Source: Eubacteriales bacterium (GTDB lineage Bacteria; Bacillota; Clostridia; Oscillospirales; CAG-382). From it: a stretch of 64,000 nucleotides of DNA. The notes below the pieces were generated by a model. It had not been told where the DNA came from, did no database searches, and worked only from the letters and a program-made list of their open reading frames with translations. The stretch lies in the NCBI GenBank assembly GCA_045600105.1, contig JAZRXG010000005.1:25939-89938 (forward strand). Direction: 5' to 3'. A program made the position numbers and the translations under genes. Shown one piece after another: positions 29,092-39,798 of the stretch. How positions within the stretch are numbered: the first letter of the stretch is position 1; every line of letters begins with the position of its first letter.

Positions 29092-32000
29092 TTATTGTTG
29101 TTTTTCGTCGTATTCCTTGAATTTCTCGCCGAGAGTGGCAAGGTCGAGACGCAGGAATTCCGACACGCCCTTTTCGCGCATCGTGATGCCGTAAAGGACG
29201 TTGGCACGTTCCATGGTGCCTCTGCGGTGGGTGATTATAAGGTACTGCGTGTTTTCGCAGTGTGCCTTGATGTAGTCCATCAGCTTCGCCTGGTTGACCT
29301 CGTCGAGCGCCGCCTCGATCTCGTCGAGCACGCAGAACGGTGCCGGGTTTATCTCCTGCAGCGCCAGATAAAGCGCTACCGCGGCAAACGACTGCTCGCC
29401 GCCGGAGAGGAGCGATATGGATTTGATGGATTTTCCGGGCGGGTGCAGAATGATGTCGATGCCGCTTTCAAGCGGATTTTCGGGGTCGGTGAGCTCTATT
29501 CTCGCGCTTCCGCCGCCGAAAAGCTCGATGAACACTCTGTTGAACGCGCTGTCGATGCGGACGAACGTGTCCATGAACACGGTCTCCATCGTGGTGCTGA
29601 GGCGCGATATCTCGTTGTCGAGCTTGCGGCGCGTTCTGTTGAGGTCGTCTATCTGCGTCCTGAGGAATTCGTGGCGCTCCTTCAGCTCGCGGTATTCGTC
29701 GACCGCCTTGACGTTGATGGTGCCCATCGCCCTTATCTTGCCCTTTACCGAGTTGAGGCGGGACGGCATCTTGTCGCGGTCTTCGGGCGGGAGCCTGAAT
29801 TCGTCAGCCGCCGAATACGAAAGCTCATATTCTTCCCAGAGCCTCGCGACCACGTTGTCGTACTCGTCCTGCGACGCCTGCTTGCCCGTTTCGAGCTTGG
29901 TATAGCTCTGGAAAGCCTGCTCGCGGCGGGTCTGCGCGGTCTTCAGACGGAATTTGCGGTCGGAGACCGTCTTTTCGCGCTCCTCGAGTTCTTCGTCGAT
30001 CCTCTTCTTTTCTTCGATTATATCGTTCTTCTGCTCTTCGAGAGACACGAGCTTTTCGCGGTTTTCCTTTACGGATTCCTCGCCGAGCCTGATCTCTTCT
30101 TCGTAGTTTTTGATCTCGGTCCTGATCTCTTCGAGCTTTTCGTCCTCTTCCTTAAGTCTATCCTTCAGCTCGTCGAGCCTGTCCTCGGCGGATTCGGCTT
30201 TTGCGTTGAGAGAGACGAGCTCCATGCCGAGCGACGCGAGCTGTTCGCGGATGACGTCGGCGTCCTTCGTGATGTTTTTCAGCCTCTCGTCCGCGTCGAA
30301 AACGTCTTTTTCCGCCTGCTCTTTCGCCGCCGTAACCGTCTTTTCTTCGTCGTCGAGTTCGTCGAGCCTCTTTTTCAGAGCCTCTTTTTCTTCCTCGGTG
30401 CGTCTGTTCGAAAGGAGCAGCGCGTTGTATTTGCTCTCTTCCTCGTTGAACGTCGCGAGAGCGAACGAAAGGTCTGCCCTTATGCCGTCCGCTTCCTCGG
30501 TCAGCTCCTCAAGGAGCTCGTTCTTTTCGGAAAGTTCGTTTTTGAAGGATTCTATCTTTCTTTCGGCGCTTCTCTTTTTGAGTTCCGCTTCCATCAGCGC
30601 GGTATTGAGCGCAGTGATCTCTTCGTCGAGCTTGTCGATATCGGCACTGCGGGTGAACAGCCCGACCTTTTTCTGCGGTGAACCGCCGGTATAAGAGCCG
30701 CCGGCGTTGATTATCTGACCGTCCTTGGTGACGATCTTGACGTTATATCCGCATTTTGCCGCCATTGCCGACGCTTTGTCGAGGTCTTCGGCGATGACCG
30801 TTCTGCCGAGCAGCTCGTCGGCGATGCCGCGGTATTTTTTGTCGCAGCTGACGAGGTCGGCGGCGATGCCCACGAATCCGTCGCACGAGGAAATGCGGGA
30901 CGCGTCGTAGCGTCTGCCCTTTACGGTGTCGAGCGGAAGCACGGTGATACGTCCGCCGCCCGTGGTCTTGAGGTAGCGGAGCGCCGCCTTGGCGTCCTTT
31001 TCGGTCTCGGAGACGATGAACTGCACCGAGCCGCCGAGCGACGTTTCGATGGCGACGACGTATTCGCCCTCGGTCGAAAGGAGGGACGCGACCGTGCCGT
31101 GAAGCTGTATCGCTCTGCCGTTGTCTTTTATTTTGCCCTCGGACGCGACGCGCATAACGGTCTTGACCGAATCGGAATAGCCCTCGAAGAGGCGTTCGAG
31201 CCTGAGCAGCGATTCGCGCTGCTGCTCCGCCGCAGCCGCTTTTATGTTGGCTTTCGATACTTCGGACGTGTATTTTTCGCGGTCGGCTTCGTTTTCGGCT
31301 ATCTTTTTGTTTATTTCGGCGATCTCCGCCTTAAGAGACGCGACTTTCTCGCTGCTTGACGCGTCTTTTTCGGCGTAGTTGTCTTTGGCGAGTCTCAGTT
31401 CGTCGAGTCTCGCCTTGCTCTGTTCAAGCTCTTCCGAAAATCCGCTTCTGTTCTTTTCGCCCGCGTTGATGAGCGCCCTGCACGACGCGGCTTCCTTGAC
31501 GATCTCGGTAAGTCTCGCCGCGGCGGATGCTATCTTTTCGTTGTCTTCGGCTTTTTTCGCCTCGGTCTCGCGTCCGGGGGCAAGTATGGCGTCGCGTTTT
31601 TCTTCGAGTGCCTTGCCGTCACGCTTGAGCTGTTCGGCGGAAGCGAGTATCTCGTCGAGCGAACGCACGCACGCTTTTTCCTGCTCGGATATCATGGTAC
31701 GGCGGGCTTCGGCGTAGGCTTCCTCTTTTTTGTTGCTTTCTATTTTTTCGGCGTAGTGCTTTGCGTCGTTTTCGAAAACAGAGTTGCTGCGCGTTATTTC
31801 GGCGATCTCCGACGCGATGACCGCGGCGTTTTCGTCAAGCTCCGACTTATGCTGCATCAGCGCGTAGCCTCTGACGTTGAATTCCTCTTCCTCTTTTTCA
31901 AGCGACGTGAGTTCGTCCGTCGCAAGCTCGAGCTCGAGCTTGGACGACGCGAGCACTCTTTCGGTGTTCGAAAGATTTTCGCGCAGCTCGTCGATTTTTT

Positions 32001-32754
32001 CGAGCCAGATGGTGATCTCGAGTTTTTTCTTCTCTTCGGCGAGGACCAGGTATTTTTCGGCGTTTTCAGCCTCTTTTTTGAGCGGTCCTATGCGGTTGTC
32101 GACCTCGGTGAAGATGTCGTTTATTCGTTCGAGGTTCGCGTCCGTGTCGCGCAGCTTGCGTTCCGCCTCGGTCTTTTTGTAGCGGAATTTGCTTATCCCC
32201 GACGCTTCCTCGAAAATGCTGCGTCTTTCGTCGGTCTTTGCCGAAAGCACCTCGGCGATCTTGCCCTGACCGATGACCGAGTAGCCCTCGCGTCCGATAC
32301 CGGTGTTGTAGAACAGCTCGTAAACGTCCTTCAGACGCACCTGCTTTTTGTTGATGTAGTATTCGCTTTCGCCCGAGCGGTAGTATTTGCGGGTTATGAC
32401 GAATTCTTCCTCGTCGGAAAGGCGCATTTTGGGAGCGACGTCATCGACGGTGTTTTCCTCGGCGATGATGCCGTTTTTTGTCATATATTCCTCGGAAGTA
32501 TCGAGATAGAGCGACACGCAGGCGTAGTTTGCGGGCTGACGCTTTGCCGTGCCGTTGAAAATGACGTCTTCCATCTTGGAGCCGCGAAGGCTTTTTGCCG
32601 ACATTTCGCCGAGCACCCATCTGATGGAGTCGCTGATATTGCTTTTTCCGCTTCCGTTGGGGCCTATGATGGCGGTCATGCCGCTTTCAAAGGTCATCTT
32701 CGTTTTTTCGGGGAAGGACTTGAAGCCCTGCATTTCAATGGCTTTGAGTTTCAA
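29092..32754 (-). CDS. smc: Chromosome segregation protein SMC
   Basis: 1220 aa, GPNGSGKSN Walker A, long coiled coils, hinge, LSGGE signature and C-terminal Walker B. Confidence 0.97.
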   Translation of the reverse strand: MKLKAIEMQGFKSFPEKTKMTFESGMTAIIGPNGSGKSNISDSIRWVLGEMSAKSLRGSKMEDVIFNGTAKRQPANYACVSLYLDTSEEYMTKNGIIAEENTVDDVAPKMRLSDEEEFVITRKYYRSGESEYYINKKQVRLKDVYELFYNTGIGREGYSVIGQGKIAEVLSAKTDERRSIFEEASGISKFRYKKTEAERKLRDTDANLERINDIFTEVDNRIGPLKKEAENAEKYLVLAEEKKKLEITIWLEKIDELRENLSNTERVLASSKLELELATDELTSLEKEEEEFNVRGYALMQHKSELDENAAVIASEIAEITRSNSVFENDAKHYAEKIESNKKEEAYAEARRTMISEQEKACVRSLDEILASAEQLKRDGKALEEKRDAILAPGRETEAKKAEDNEKIASAAARLTEIVKEAASCRALINAGEKNRSGFSEELEQSKARLDELRLAKDNYAEKDASSSEKVASLKAEIAEINKKIAENEADREKYTSEVSKANIKAAAAEQQRESLLRLERLFEGYSDSVKTVMRVASEGKIKDNGRAIQLHGTVASLLSTEGEYVVAIETSLGGSVQFIVSETEKDAKAALRYLKTTGGGRITVLPLDTVKGRRYDASRISSCDGFVGIAADLVSCDKKYRGIADELLGRTVIAEDLDKASAMAAKCGYNVKIVTKDGQIINAGGSYTGGSPQKKVGLFTRSADIDKLDEEITALNTALMEAELKKRSAERKIESFKNELSEKNELLEELTEEADGIRADLSFALATFNEEESKYNALLLSNRRTEEEKEALKKRLDELDDEEKTVTAAKEQAEKDVFDADERLKNITKDADVIREQLASLGMELVSLNAKAESAEDRLDELKDRLKEEDEKLEEIRTEIKNYEEEIRLGEESVKENREKLVSLEEQKNDIIEEKKRIDEELEEREKTVSDRKFRLKTAQTRREQAFQSYTKLETGKQASQDEYDNVVARLWEEYELSYSAADEFRLPPEDRDKMPSRLNSVKGKIRAMGTINVKAVDEYRELKERHEFLRTQIDDLNRTRRKLDNEISRLSTTMETVFMDTFVRIDSAFNRVFIELFGGGSARIELTDPENPLESGIDIILHPPGKSIKSISLLSGGEQSFAAVALYLALQEINPAPFCVLDEIEAALDEVNQAKLMDYIKAHCENTQYLIITHRRGTMERANVLYGITMREKGVSEFLRLDLATLGEKFKEYDEKQQ

Positions 32755-33749
32755 TTCTTTATCCTCACATCGTATTCTTTGAGTCCGTCGGTTTCAACGA
32801 ACCTGACCGTTTTGCCGAGAGACGAAAGCCTTTCGCGGTTTCTGCCGCCGTGCCCTATGCACTTGGAAAGGCTGCCTTTGGGAACGAGAAGCGTAAGCTC
32901 GCTTCCCTCTTGTTTTTCCGCGATATCGCGGATCATGGAATAGTATATCTCGCCTTCGGCAAGTTCTCCCATCGCCGGATGGTTGGCACCGAAAGGAGCG
33001 GCTGTCATATTTTCGGACGAGTAGAGCCCGATACGCAGTATCTTAACTCCGCTTTCGATGAACACCCTCGCGCAAGAGGCGCAGCGCGCCAGCGCGTCTT
33101 CGATGGAAAGCGGCGTATATCCGCCCGAAAGCGTCATATCGTAAAGCGGCGTATTCTCGAACACCACGGTCGGATAGATGCGCGTGGTATCGGCGCCGAA
33201 AGATACGATGTCCCGCGCGGTCTTCACCTCGTCGTCGGCAGTCGAGCCGGGAAGACCTACCATCATCTGCCCGCCGGTCTCGAAGCCGTATTCCTTGAGC
33301 AGTTTTATCGCTTTTTCGCTGTCTTCGACGGTGTGTCCGCGCCTGCAGACGTCGAGCACCTTCTGCGACGTTGACTGAACGCCGAGCTCGACCGACGTGA
33401 CGCCGTATTTTTTGAGTATATCACAAATATGACGGTCTATGTAGTCGGGACGTGTCGAGCAGCGTATGCCTTTTATTTTTCCGCCGAGATACCCCGACGC
33501 TTTTTCGAGAAGAGCCGTCATGCGTTCCTCGCCGATGCCCGTGAAGCTGCCGCCGAAAAACGCGATCTCCGCGTCGTTCCCGAGGGTGTCGAGCGACGAC
33601 TCGATTATGTTTTCCACACGTTTCAGTTCAGCCCCGAGCTCGGGTTCGGCTCTGTCGACGCCGGTTATCTTGGTCTGCGAGCAGAACACGCACTTCATCC
33701 TGCAGCCGAGGTGCGGTATGAAGATCGGGATGTTGCTATGCGTTTTCAT
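32751..33749 (-). CDS. Radical SAM protein (ELP3/MiaB-like core, function unknown)
   Basis: 332 aa, HLGCRMKCVFC (CX3CX2C). Sits between rnc and smc. Confidence 0.7.
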   Translation of the reverse strand: MKTHSNIPIFIPHLGCRMKCVFCSQTKITGVDRAEPELGAELKRVENIIESSLDTLGNDAEIAFFGGSFTGIGEERMTALLEKASGYLGGKIKGIRCSTRPDYIDRHICDILKKYGVTSVELGVQSTSQKVLDVCRRGHTVEDSEKAIKLLKEYGFETGGQMMVGLPGSTADDEVKTARDIVSFGADTTRIYPTVVFENTPLYDMTLSGGYTPLSIEDALARCASCARVFIESGVKILRIGLYSSENMTAAPFGANHPAMGELAEGEIYYSMIRDIAEKQEGSELTLLVPKGSLSKCIGHGGRNRERLSSLGKTVRFVETDGLKEYDVRIKN

Positions 33750-34458
33750 CGTCGGGGAAAAGCCTTAAGGCTTCCTTTGCCGCCATCTGCTCCGCGTCGG
33801 ACTTGCGTTTGCCCTTTCCCGTTCCGAGCACGTTCGAGTTGAGACGCGCTTCGACGGTGAACGTCCTGTCGTGAGGGGGTCCCTCTTCGGCGATAAGGAC
33901 GTATTCGAGCAGTTCCTCGGGCATTTCCTGCGTTATGCGCTGAAGACGCGATTTGTAGTCCTCGGTACCTTTTTTCATTGATTTCTTCACTTCGCCGACG
34001 ATGCGCGGGAGTATGAAATCCCTTGCCTTTTCGATGCCGCCGTCGAGATATATCGCGGCGATGACCGCCTCGAACGCGTCGGAAAGTATGGATTTGCGGC
34101 TTCTGCCGTTGGTTATCTCCTCGCCTTTGCCGAGCATGAGGTACGACCCGAGGTCGATGTCACGCGCGAGCGACGCAAGCGTGTTCTCGCACACCACGGC
34201 GGCTCGTATCTTCGTGAGGTCGCCCTCGTCGAACGACGAGTAGTTGCGGTATATATAGTCGCTCACGACGACGGAAAGCACCGAATCTCCGAGGAATTCG
34301 AGCCTTTCGTTCGAGGGGAGGATGCCGTCGAAGCCGCGTTTTTCATTGCAGTACGACGAATGCGTGAGCGCGTTTTCCAATAAAGTGACGTCGGTGAACG
34401 TATAGCCGATTATCTTTTCGAATTCGTGAAAACGTCCGACCGGATAAATTTCATTCAT
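33736..34458 (-). CDS. rnc: Ribonuclease III
   Basis: 240 aa, ERLEFLGDSVL signature plus a C-terminal dsRBD. Confidence 0.93.
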   Translation of the reverse strand: MNEIYPVGRFHEFEKIIGYTFTDVTLLENALTHSSYCNEKRGFDGILPSNERLEFLGDSVLSVVVSDYIYRNYSSFDEGDLTKIRAAVVCENTLASLARDIDLGSYLMLGKGEEITNGRSRKSILSDAFEAVIAAIYLDGGIEKARDFILPRIVGEVKKSMKKGTEDYKSRLQRITQEMPEELLEYVLIAEEGPPHDRTFTVEARLNSNVLGTGKGKRKSDAEQMAAKEALRLFPDDENA

Positions 34459-35476
34459 TGCGTATGTTTTCCGAGGCGGCGATATGCTCCGCCATTCCTT
34501 CCGCTATCTTTTCGTTGAGTCCCGACAGAACGTAGTCACGCGCCTGACGGATGGTCGCCTCGATGCTCTTCGGTTCGGCAGAGCCGTGCGACTTTATGAC
34601 CGGCTTCGCTATCCCGAGGAAGGGCGCTCCGCCGTATTGCTTGTGGTCGATGCGTCCCTTGAAGGACTTGAGGTCCTTTTTGATCATGAGGTACGCAAGC
34701 TTGTTCTTTATGTTTTTGCCGTAAATATCCTTGAGGCTGCCGAGGAAGAACTGTCCCATTCCTTCCATCAGCTTGAGCGTGACATTGCCGGTGAAGCCGT
34801 CGCACACGGCGACGTCGCAGAAACCGTTGGGCAGGTCGCGGCCTTCGCAGTTGCCCACGAAATTGAGTCCGCTCTGCTTGAGCAGCGCGTATGTCTCGCG
34901 GTAGAGCTCAGTCCCCTTGCATTCCTCGCTGCCGTTGTTTATCAGCGCGACGCGCGGATTTTTGACGCCGAGCAGCTCGCTGAAATAAAGCGAGCCCATT
35001 TCGGCGAATCTGAGGAGTATTTCGGGCGTGACGTCGGTGTTTGCGCCCGAGTCGACCACCATGAACGGGCTGCCGAAGTTGACGATGGCACCGAGCGACG
35101 CGCGGCGTACGCCCTTGTGACGCTTGACGTAAAGCGTCGCCGAGGTGAACAGCGCACCCGTGTTGCCCGAGCTTATGAAGGCGTCACCTCTGCCCTCGCG
35201 CAGCAGTTCGCAGCCGACCACCATGGACGAATCCTTTTTCTCTTTCTGCACGACTGACGGCTGGTCTTCCATCGTCACCACCGAAGACGTATGTACGACT
35301 TCGATGCCGATGCCTTCGGTGTCGAGTCCGGCAAGGATATCGCGCACCTGCTTTTCGTCGCCGGTGAACACGAGATCGGTCCCGTATTTTCCGGCACCGG
35401 ATACCGCGCCTTCGACCATGGAACGCGGCGCGTTGTCGCCGCCCATGGCGTCAACGATTATCTTTACTCTGTCCAT
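34451..35476 (-). CDS. plsX: Phosphate acyltransferase PlsX
   Basis: 341 aa, IVDAMGGDNAP N-terminus and overall PlsX similarity. Confidence 0.92.
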   Translation of the reverse strand: MDRVKIIVDAMGGDNAPRSMVEGAVSGAGKYGTDLVFTGDEKQVRDILAGLDTEGIGIEVVHTSSVVTMEDQPSVVQKEKKDSSMVVGCELLREGRGDAFISSGNTGALFTSATLYVKRHKGVRRASLGAIVNFGSPFMVVDSGANTDVTPEILLRFAEMGSLYFSELLGVKNPRVALINNGSEECKGTELYRETYALLKQSGLNFVGNCEGRDLPNGFCDVAVCDGFTGNVTLKLMEGMGQFFLGSLKDIYGKNIKNKLAYLMIKKDLKSFKGRIDHKQYGGAPFLGIAKPVIKSHGSAEPKSIEATIRQARDYVLSGLNEKIAEGMAEHIAASENIRNE

Positions 35477-37706
35477 TTACTTCACTCCATCCGCAGCTGA
35501 TGCAGCTCACGGTGTTCTTGTTCTTTTTCTTCACGAGCATTCCTCCGCAGGACGGGCATTTCTCGTCGAGAGGCACGTCCCAGGTGGCGAAATCGCATTT
35601 CGGATAATCCTCGCAGGAGTAGAAGACCTTCTTTTTCTGGCTTTGTTTGATGATTATGCTCTTTCCGCACTTGGGGCATTTGACGCCGGTATCGCGGACG
35701 TAGGACGCCGTGCTCTTGCATTCGGGATAGTTGCGGCAGGCGTAATACGGACCGTAAGCGCCCTTGCGGAGCAGCATATCGCTGCCGCAGTTCGGGCATT
35801 TCTGCGGACCGATGATCTCTTCCTCGGCTTTGGGAGGGGCAGGGACTTTTTCGGTCTTGCCGTCGGGCGCGAGCTTTTTGGTGTTGCGGCAGGCGGGGAA
35901 ATTGGGGCAGGCGGCGAATTTGCCGAATCTGCCTTCCTTGACTATCATCCTCGCGCCGCACTTGTCGCAGATTATATCCGTTTCGATCACGGGCTTTTTG
36001 TAGGTGACCTTGTCGATGTTCTTGTCGGCGTGTTCGAGCTGCTTTACGAAATCCTTGTAGAACGCGTCGATGACGCCGATGTAATCGGCATTGCCTTCCT
36101 CGATGCTGTCGAGGTCGCTTTCCATATTGGCGGTGAAGGTGTAGCTGATTATCTTGGGGAAATATTCCTTCATGAGCTTGGTGGTGACTTTGCCGAGCTC
36201 GGTGGGATCGAGATACTTGCCGTTTCTCTGTACGTATCCTCTCGAAATGATGGTGGTGATGGTGGACGCGTAGGTGGAGGGTCTGCCTATCCCCTTGTCT
36301 TCGAGCATCTTGACGAGCGAGCCTTCGGTGTATTTGACGGGAGGCTGGGTGAATTTCTGCTCGGAGTTTATCTTTATCTTCTTGAGAACGTCGCCTTTTT
36401 CCATCGGCGGAAGCTTGGCGTTGCCTGCCTCGTCGCCGTCGTCGATTTCACCGTAAACCGCCATGAAGCCGTTGAATCTCACGGTCCTGCCGGACGCCTT
36501 GAAGGTGTAGCCCTCGGCGCTGATGTCGGCGGAAACGGTGTCGAATTCGGCGGCTTTCATCTGGCTCGCTATGAAGCGTTCCCAGATGAGCTTGTAAAGA
36601 CGGTACTGGTCGTTGTTGATGTGCTTTCTCGCTTCCTCGGGAGTGAGGGTCGGGTCGGACGGGCGGATGGCTTCGTGCGCGTCCTGGATGCCGTGCTTTG
36701 CCTTGTATATATTGGGAGCGGACGGATAGAACGCGTCGCCGTATTTTTCGGTGATGAATTTCTTTGCCGCGTTCCTCGCTTCGTCGGAGATGCGGACGGA
36801 GTCGGTACGCATATAGCTGATGAGACCGTGGACGCCTCTTTCACCGAGGTTGATGCCCTCGTAAAGCTCCTGCGCCAGCATCATCGTTCTCTGCGACGAG
36901 AACGAAAGACGTCTGTTCGCTTCCTGCTGGAGGGTCGAAGTGGTGAACGGCGGCATGGGCTTGCGCACCTTGACGGATTTTTTGACCGATTCAACTGTAA
37001 ACGAGCCGTTTTCGACGGCGGAAAGCACCTTGTTCACCTCTTCCTCGTTGTGAAGATCGAGCTTTTCTTCGCCTTTGCCGTAGAAACGCGCCTGAAATTC
37101 CTCGTTTTCCTTATTCGCGAGAGTCGCCGACACGTTCCAGTATTCCTCGGGAACGAAGGCTTCTATCTCGGCATCCTTTTCGACGATGAGACGGGTGACG
37201 ACGGACTGCACTCTGCCGGCGGAAAGCCCGCTTTCGATCTTTTTCCAAAGGAACGGAGAGATCTTGTAGCCGACGAGTCTGTCGAGTATGCGGCGGGTCT
37301 GCTGTGAGTTGACGAGGTTCATGTCGATGTCGCGCGGATGCTTGAGTGCTTCCCTGAACGCGCTCTTGGTGATCTCGCTGCAGGAAATGCGCTTCGTCTT
37401 GGCGGGGTCGAGCCCGAGCGCCGTCTTGAGATGCCAGCTTATCGCCTCGCCTTCGCGGTCGGGGTCGGTCGCGAGAAGCACGAGATCGGCTTTTTTCGCT
37501 TCTTTTTTGAGCGAGTTGATGAGGGGCCCCTTGCCTCTGATGTTCATATACTGGGGCTCGTAGTTGTTGTCAACGTCGATGCCGAGCTTGCTCTTGGGCA
37601 GGTCGCGGACGTGGCCGACCGAGGCGACGACCTTGTATCCCTTGCCGACGAAGTTTTTTATTGCGGGCACCTTGTTGGGTGACTCTATGATGATAAGTGT
37701 GTTCAT
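35451..37706 (-). CDS. topA: DNA topoisomerase I
   Basis: 751 aa, TOPRIM LIIIESPNK, catalytic-Tyr region SYMRTDS, C-terminal array of CxxC...CxxC zinc ribbons. Confidence 0.96.
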   Translation of the reverse strand: MNTLIIIESPNKVPAIKNFVGKGYKVVASVGHVRDLPKSKLGIDVDNNYEPQYMNIRGKGPLINSLKKEAKKADLVLLATDPDREGEAISWHLKTALGLDPAKTKRISCSEITKSAFREALKHPRDIDMNLVNSQQTRRILDRLVGYKISPFLWKKIESGLSAGRVQSVVTRLIVEKDAEIEAFVPEEYWNVSATLANKENEEFQARFYGKGEEKLDLHNEEEVNKVLSAVENGSFTVESVKKSVKVRKPMPPFTTSTLQQEANRRLSFSSQRTMMLAQELYEGINLGERGVHGLISYMRTDSVRISDEARNAAKKFITEKYGDAFYPSAPNIYKAKHGIQDAHEAIRPSDPTLTPEEARKHINNDQYRLYKLIWERFIASQMKAAEFDTVSADISAEGYTFKASGRTVRFNGFMAVYGEIDDGDEAGNAKLPPMEKGDVLKKIKINSEQKFTQPPVKYTEGSLVKMLEDKGIGRPSTYASTITTIISRGYVQRNGKYLDPTELGKVTTKLMKEYFPKIISYTFTANMESDLDSIEEGNADYIGVIDAFYKDFVKQLEHADKNIDKVTYKKPVIETDIICDKCGARMIVKEGRFGKFAACPNFPACRNTKKLAPDGKTEKVPAPPKAEEEIIGPQKCPNCGSDMLLRKGAYGPYYACRNYPECKSTASYVRDTGVKCPKCGKSIIIKQSQKKKVFYSCEDYPKCDFATWDVPLDEKCPSCGGMLVKKKNKNTVSCISCGWSEVNGQSKDNR

Positions 37707-37729
37707 CCGATTTCTCCTGAATGATTTTT

Positions 37730-38959
37730 TTATTTAACGCGGTATCTTCCCTTTTCGTCCTGCGCGATGACTCCGCACAGTTCGAGTATCGTCGCCGTTG
37801 ACATTGCGTCACTGGCTTCGAGCCCGGTAAGCGCGATTATTTCGTCGATGTAAAGCGCGTTTTCGCCTATCGCGGTGACGACCTTGACCTCGTCCGGTTC
37901 AAGCTCGCCGATCTCCGGCGCAAACAGTCTGTTGTCTTCGCTTTTCCGTAATTTTGTTTTCTTTTCCGGTTTTTCGTCCTTCGGTTTTTCTTTCGGTTTT
38001 ACGTCTTTCGGCGGAATGACCTCCGCTTTTTCCGTTTTTTTATAAACGGCGGACGTGTCCTCGAGCGTCGTCTCGACCGCGTGTATCTTTGACGGGAAAA
38101 CGAGCTCGGCTTTTGACAGCACGTCGAGCGGACGGTACGCGAGGTTCACGCCCTTCCGGAGCAGCATATTCGTGCCCGAGGAGTTTTCGCTGCCGGCAAG
38201 TCCCGGAAGCGCGTAGACCTCTCTGCCCTGCATGACCGCGGTCTTTGCCGTTATCAGCGCGCCCGAAGTCGAGCCCGCCTCGGTCACGATGACGGAGGAC
38301 GAAAGTCCCGATATTATCCTGTTCCTCGACGGGAAGCAGGAGGCGTAGGTCGTGCAGGACGGGTAGTATTCGCTGACGACGAGCCCCGTACTGACGATCT
38401 TGTCGTAAAGATCGATATTTTCACGCGGGTACGGTCTGTCGATCGCCGTGCCGAGCACCGCAACGGTGTAGCCGCCGTTCGCGACACATTCCCGCTGCGC
38501 TTCGCCGTCGACGCCCGCCGCCATACCGCTGACGATGACGGCTCCCGATCTTGTCAGCGACGACGCGAACCATCTCGTGGTCTTTCTGCCGTAGTCGCTC
38601 ACGTTCCTCGTGCCGACTATCGCGGCAAGGTATTCGTTGTCCAGATTTTTCAGCTTTCCGCGGTAATAGAGCACTACCGGCGGCGAGGATATTATCCGCA
38701 GCTTTGACGGAAAGAATGCGTCGTGATATGTCAGTACGCCGACGTTCTTTGCCTTGCAGTCGGAATATATCGAAAGCGCTTTGTCGAGCGATTTGTCGGC
38801 AAGACGTTTTCTTTGCGAATCGGCAAGCTTCACGCCGTTGTAATCCTCTTCGTCGTAGACTTCTTTCGCCGAGGAAAAGCGCGCAAAGACGGTCGACGCC
38901 GCCCTGCTGTCGGTGCCGAGCGCAAGTGAAAGCCAGATATAATATACCTTTTCATCCAT
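37730..38959 (-). CDS. dprA: DNA-processing protein DprA (Smf)
   Basis: 409 aa with a Rossmann-like DprA core (SGMAAGVDGEA, VVTEAG..SGALITA) and a C-terminal winged-helix-like tail. Shows the classic dprA-topA pairing. Confidence 0.88.
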   Translation of the reverse strand: MDEKVYYIWLSLALGTDSRAASTVFARFSSAKEVYDEEDYNGVKLADSQRKRLADKSLDKALSIYSDCKAKNVGVLTYHDAFFPSKLRIISSPPVVLYYRGKLKNLDNEYLAAIVGTRNVSDYGRKTTRWFASSLTRSGAVIVSGMAAGVDGEAQRECVANGGYTVAVLGTAIDRPYPRENIDLYDKIVSTGLVVSEYYPSCTTYASCFPSRNRIISGLSSSVIVTEAGSTSGALITAKTAVMQGREVYALPGLAGSENSSGTNMLLRKGVNLAYRPLDVLSKAELVFPSKIHAVETTLEDTSAVYKKTEKAEVIPPKDVKPKEKPKDEKPEKKTKLRKSEDNRLFAPEIGELEPDEVKVVTAIGENALYIDEIIALTGLEASDAMSTATILELCGVIAQDEKGRYRVK

Positions 38960-39728
38960 TGCGGACCATCTCCCACATAACGACGGCAGACGCCGCCGCG
39001 ACGTTCAGGCTTTCGGTCTTCCCGCTCATGGGGATGAGGACGCGCTTGTCGCAGGCAGCCGCAAGACCGTCCGTGACGCCGTTCCCCTCGTTGCCGAAAA
39101 CGAAAGTGTCGTCTTTTTTTATATCGAACGAGCCGAGGAACACCGTTTCGCCGTAAAGGCTCGTGGCGAAGACCCGTTTGCCGTCTTCGCGGAGCGCGAG
39201 AACGTCAGACGTGAGGTCGTCGGTGACGCGGATATCAGACGCGAAGATCGCGCCCATGGAGGCGCGCACCGTTTTGGACGAATAAACGTCGGCGCAGTCG
39301 GAGCTGACGGTCACGCGGCCGACGCCGAGAGACGCCGCCGTGCGTATTATGCCGCCGAGGTTGCCCGTGTCGCGCACGGATTCGAGCATTATTCCGCCGC
39401 CTGCCGGAGGAACGCCCTTTTTTACGTTGGGAAGGAACGCCGAAACGCACAATATCCCCTGCGGCGACTGCTCCGCCGTCAGCTTGGCGTAGACCTCTTT
39501 GCTGACCTTGTACGTGACGTCGTCGTAGGGTGAGATGAGGGACGCGTATTTTTCCGCCGCGTCTTCGGTGACGAACAGCGAAACGGGAGTGTGCCCGAAT
39601 CTGACGTATTCCTCGAAAAGATGAACGCCTTCGAAAAAGAAAAGCTGTTTTTCTTCTCTTTCCGACCTGTCCTTCAGAAAAGAAACGGCTTTGATCTTTT
39701 CGTTCGATCTCGATCCGATATACTGCAC
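38952..39728 (-). CDS. TrmH/SpoU-family RNA 2'-O-methyltransferase
   Basis: 258 aa, SpoU motifs (GNLGGIIRTA; GNEGNGV; ESLNVAAASAV). Confidence 0.8.
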   Translation of the reverse strand: MQYIGSRSNEKIKAVSFLKDRSEREEKQLFFFEGVHLFEEYVRFGHTPVSLFVTEDAAEKYASLISPYDDVTYKVSKEVYAKLTAEQSPQGILCVSAFLPNVKKGVPPAGGGIMLESVRDTGNLGGIIRTAASLGVGRVTVSSDCADVYSSKTVRASMGAIFASDIRVTDDLTSDVLALREDGKRVFATSLYGETVFLGSFDIKKDDTFVFGNEGNGVTDGLAAACDKRVLIPMSGKTESLNVAAASAVVMWEMVRNG

Positions 39729-39798
39729 TTCCCCGCCTCCTCAAAATAAAAGCATACTATTATATACTATTATATAATAGTACGCTTTTTCGCACTTG

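Noticed and set aside
30110-30694. Ser-rich 194-aa ORF and other repetitive-looking ORFs inside smc; possible tandem repeats
   Set aside because: They are the antisense reading of the Glu/Lys/Leu-rich coiled-coil codons of SMC. No true DNA tandem repeat is evident.
35482-35961. Repeated CxxC...CxxC units at the 3' end of the topA region and a 159-aa alternative-frame ORF
   Set aside because: The repeats are the normal C-terminal zinc-ribbon array of bacterial topoisomerase I. The alternative frame is Arg-rich nonsense.
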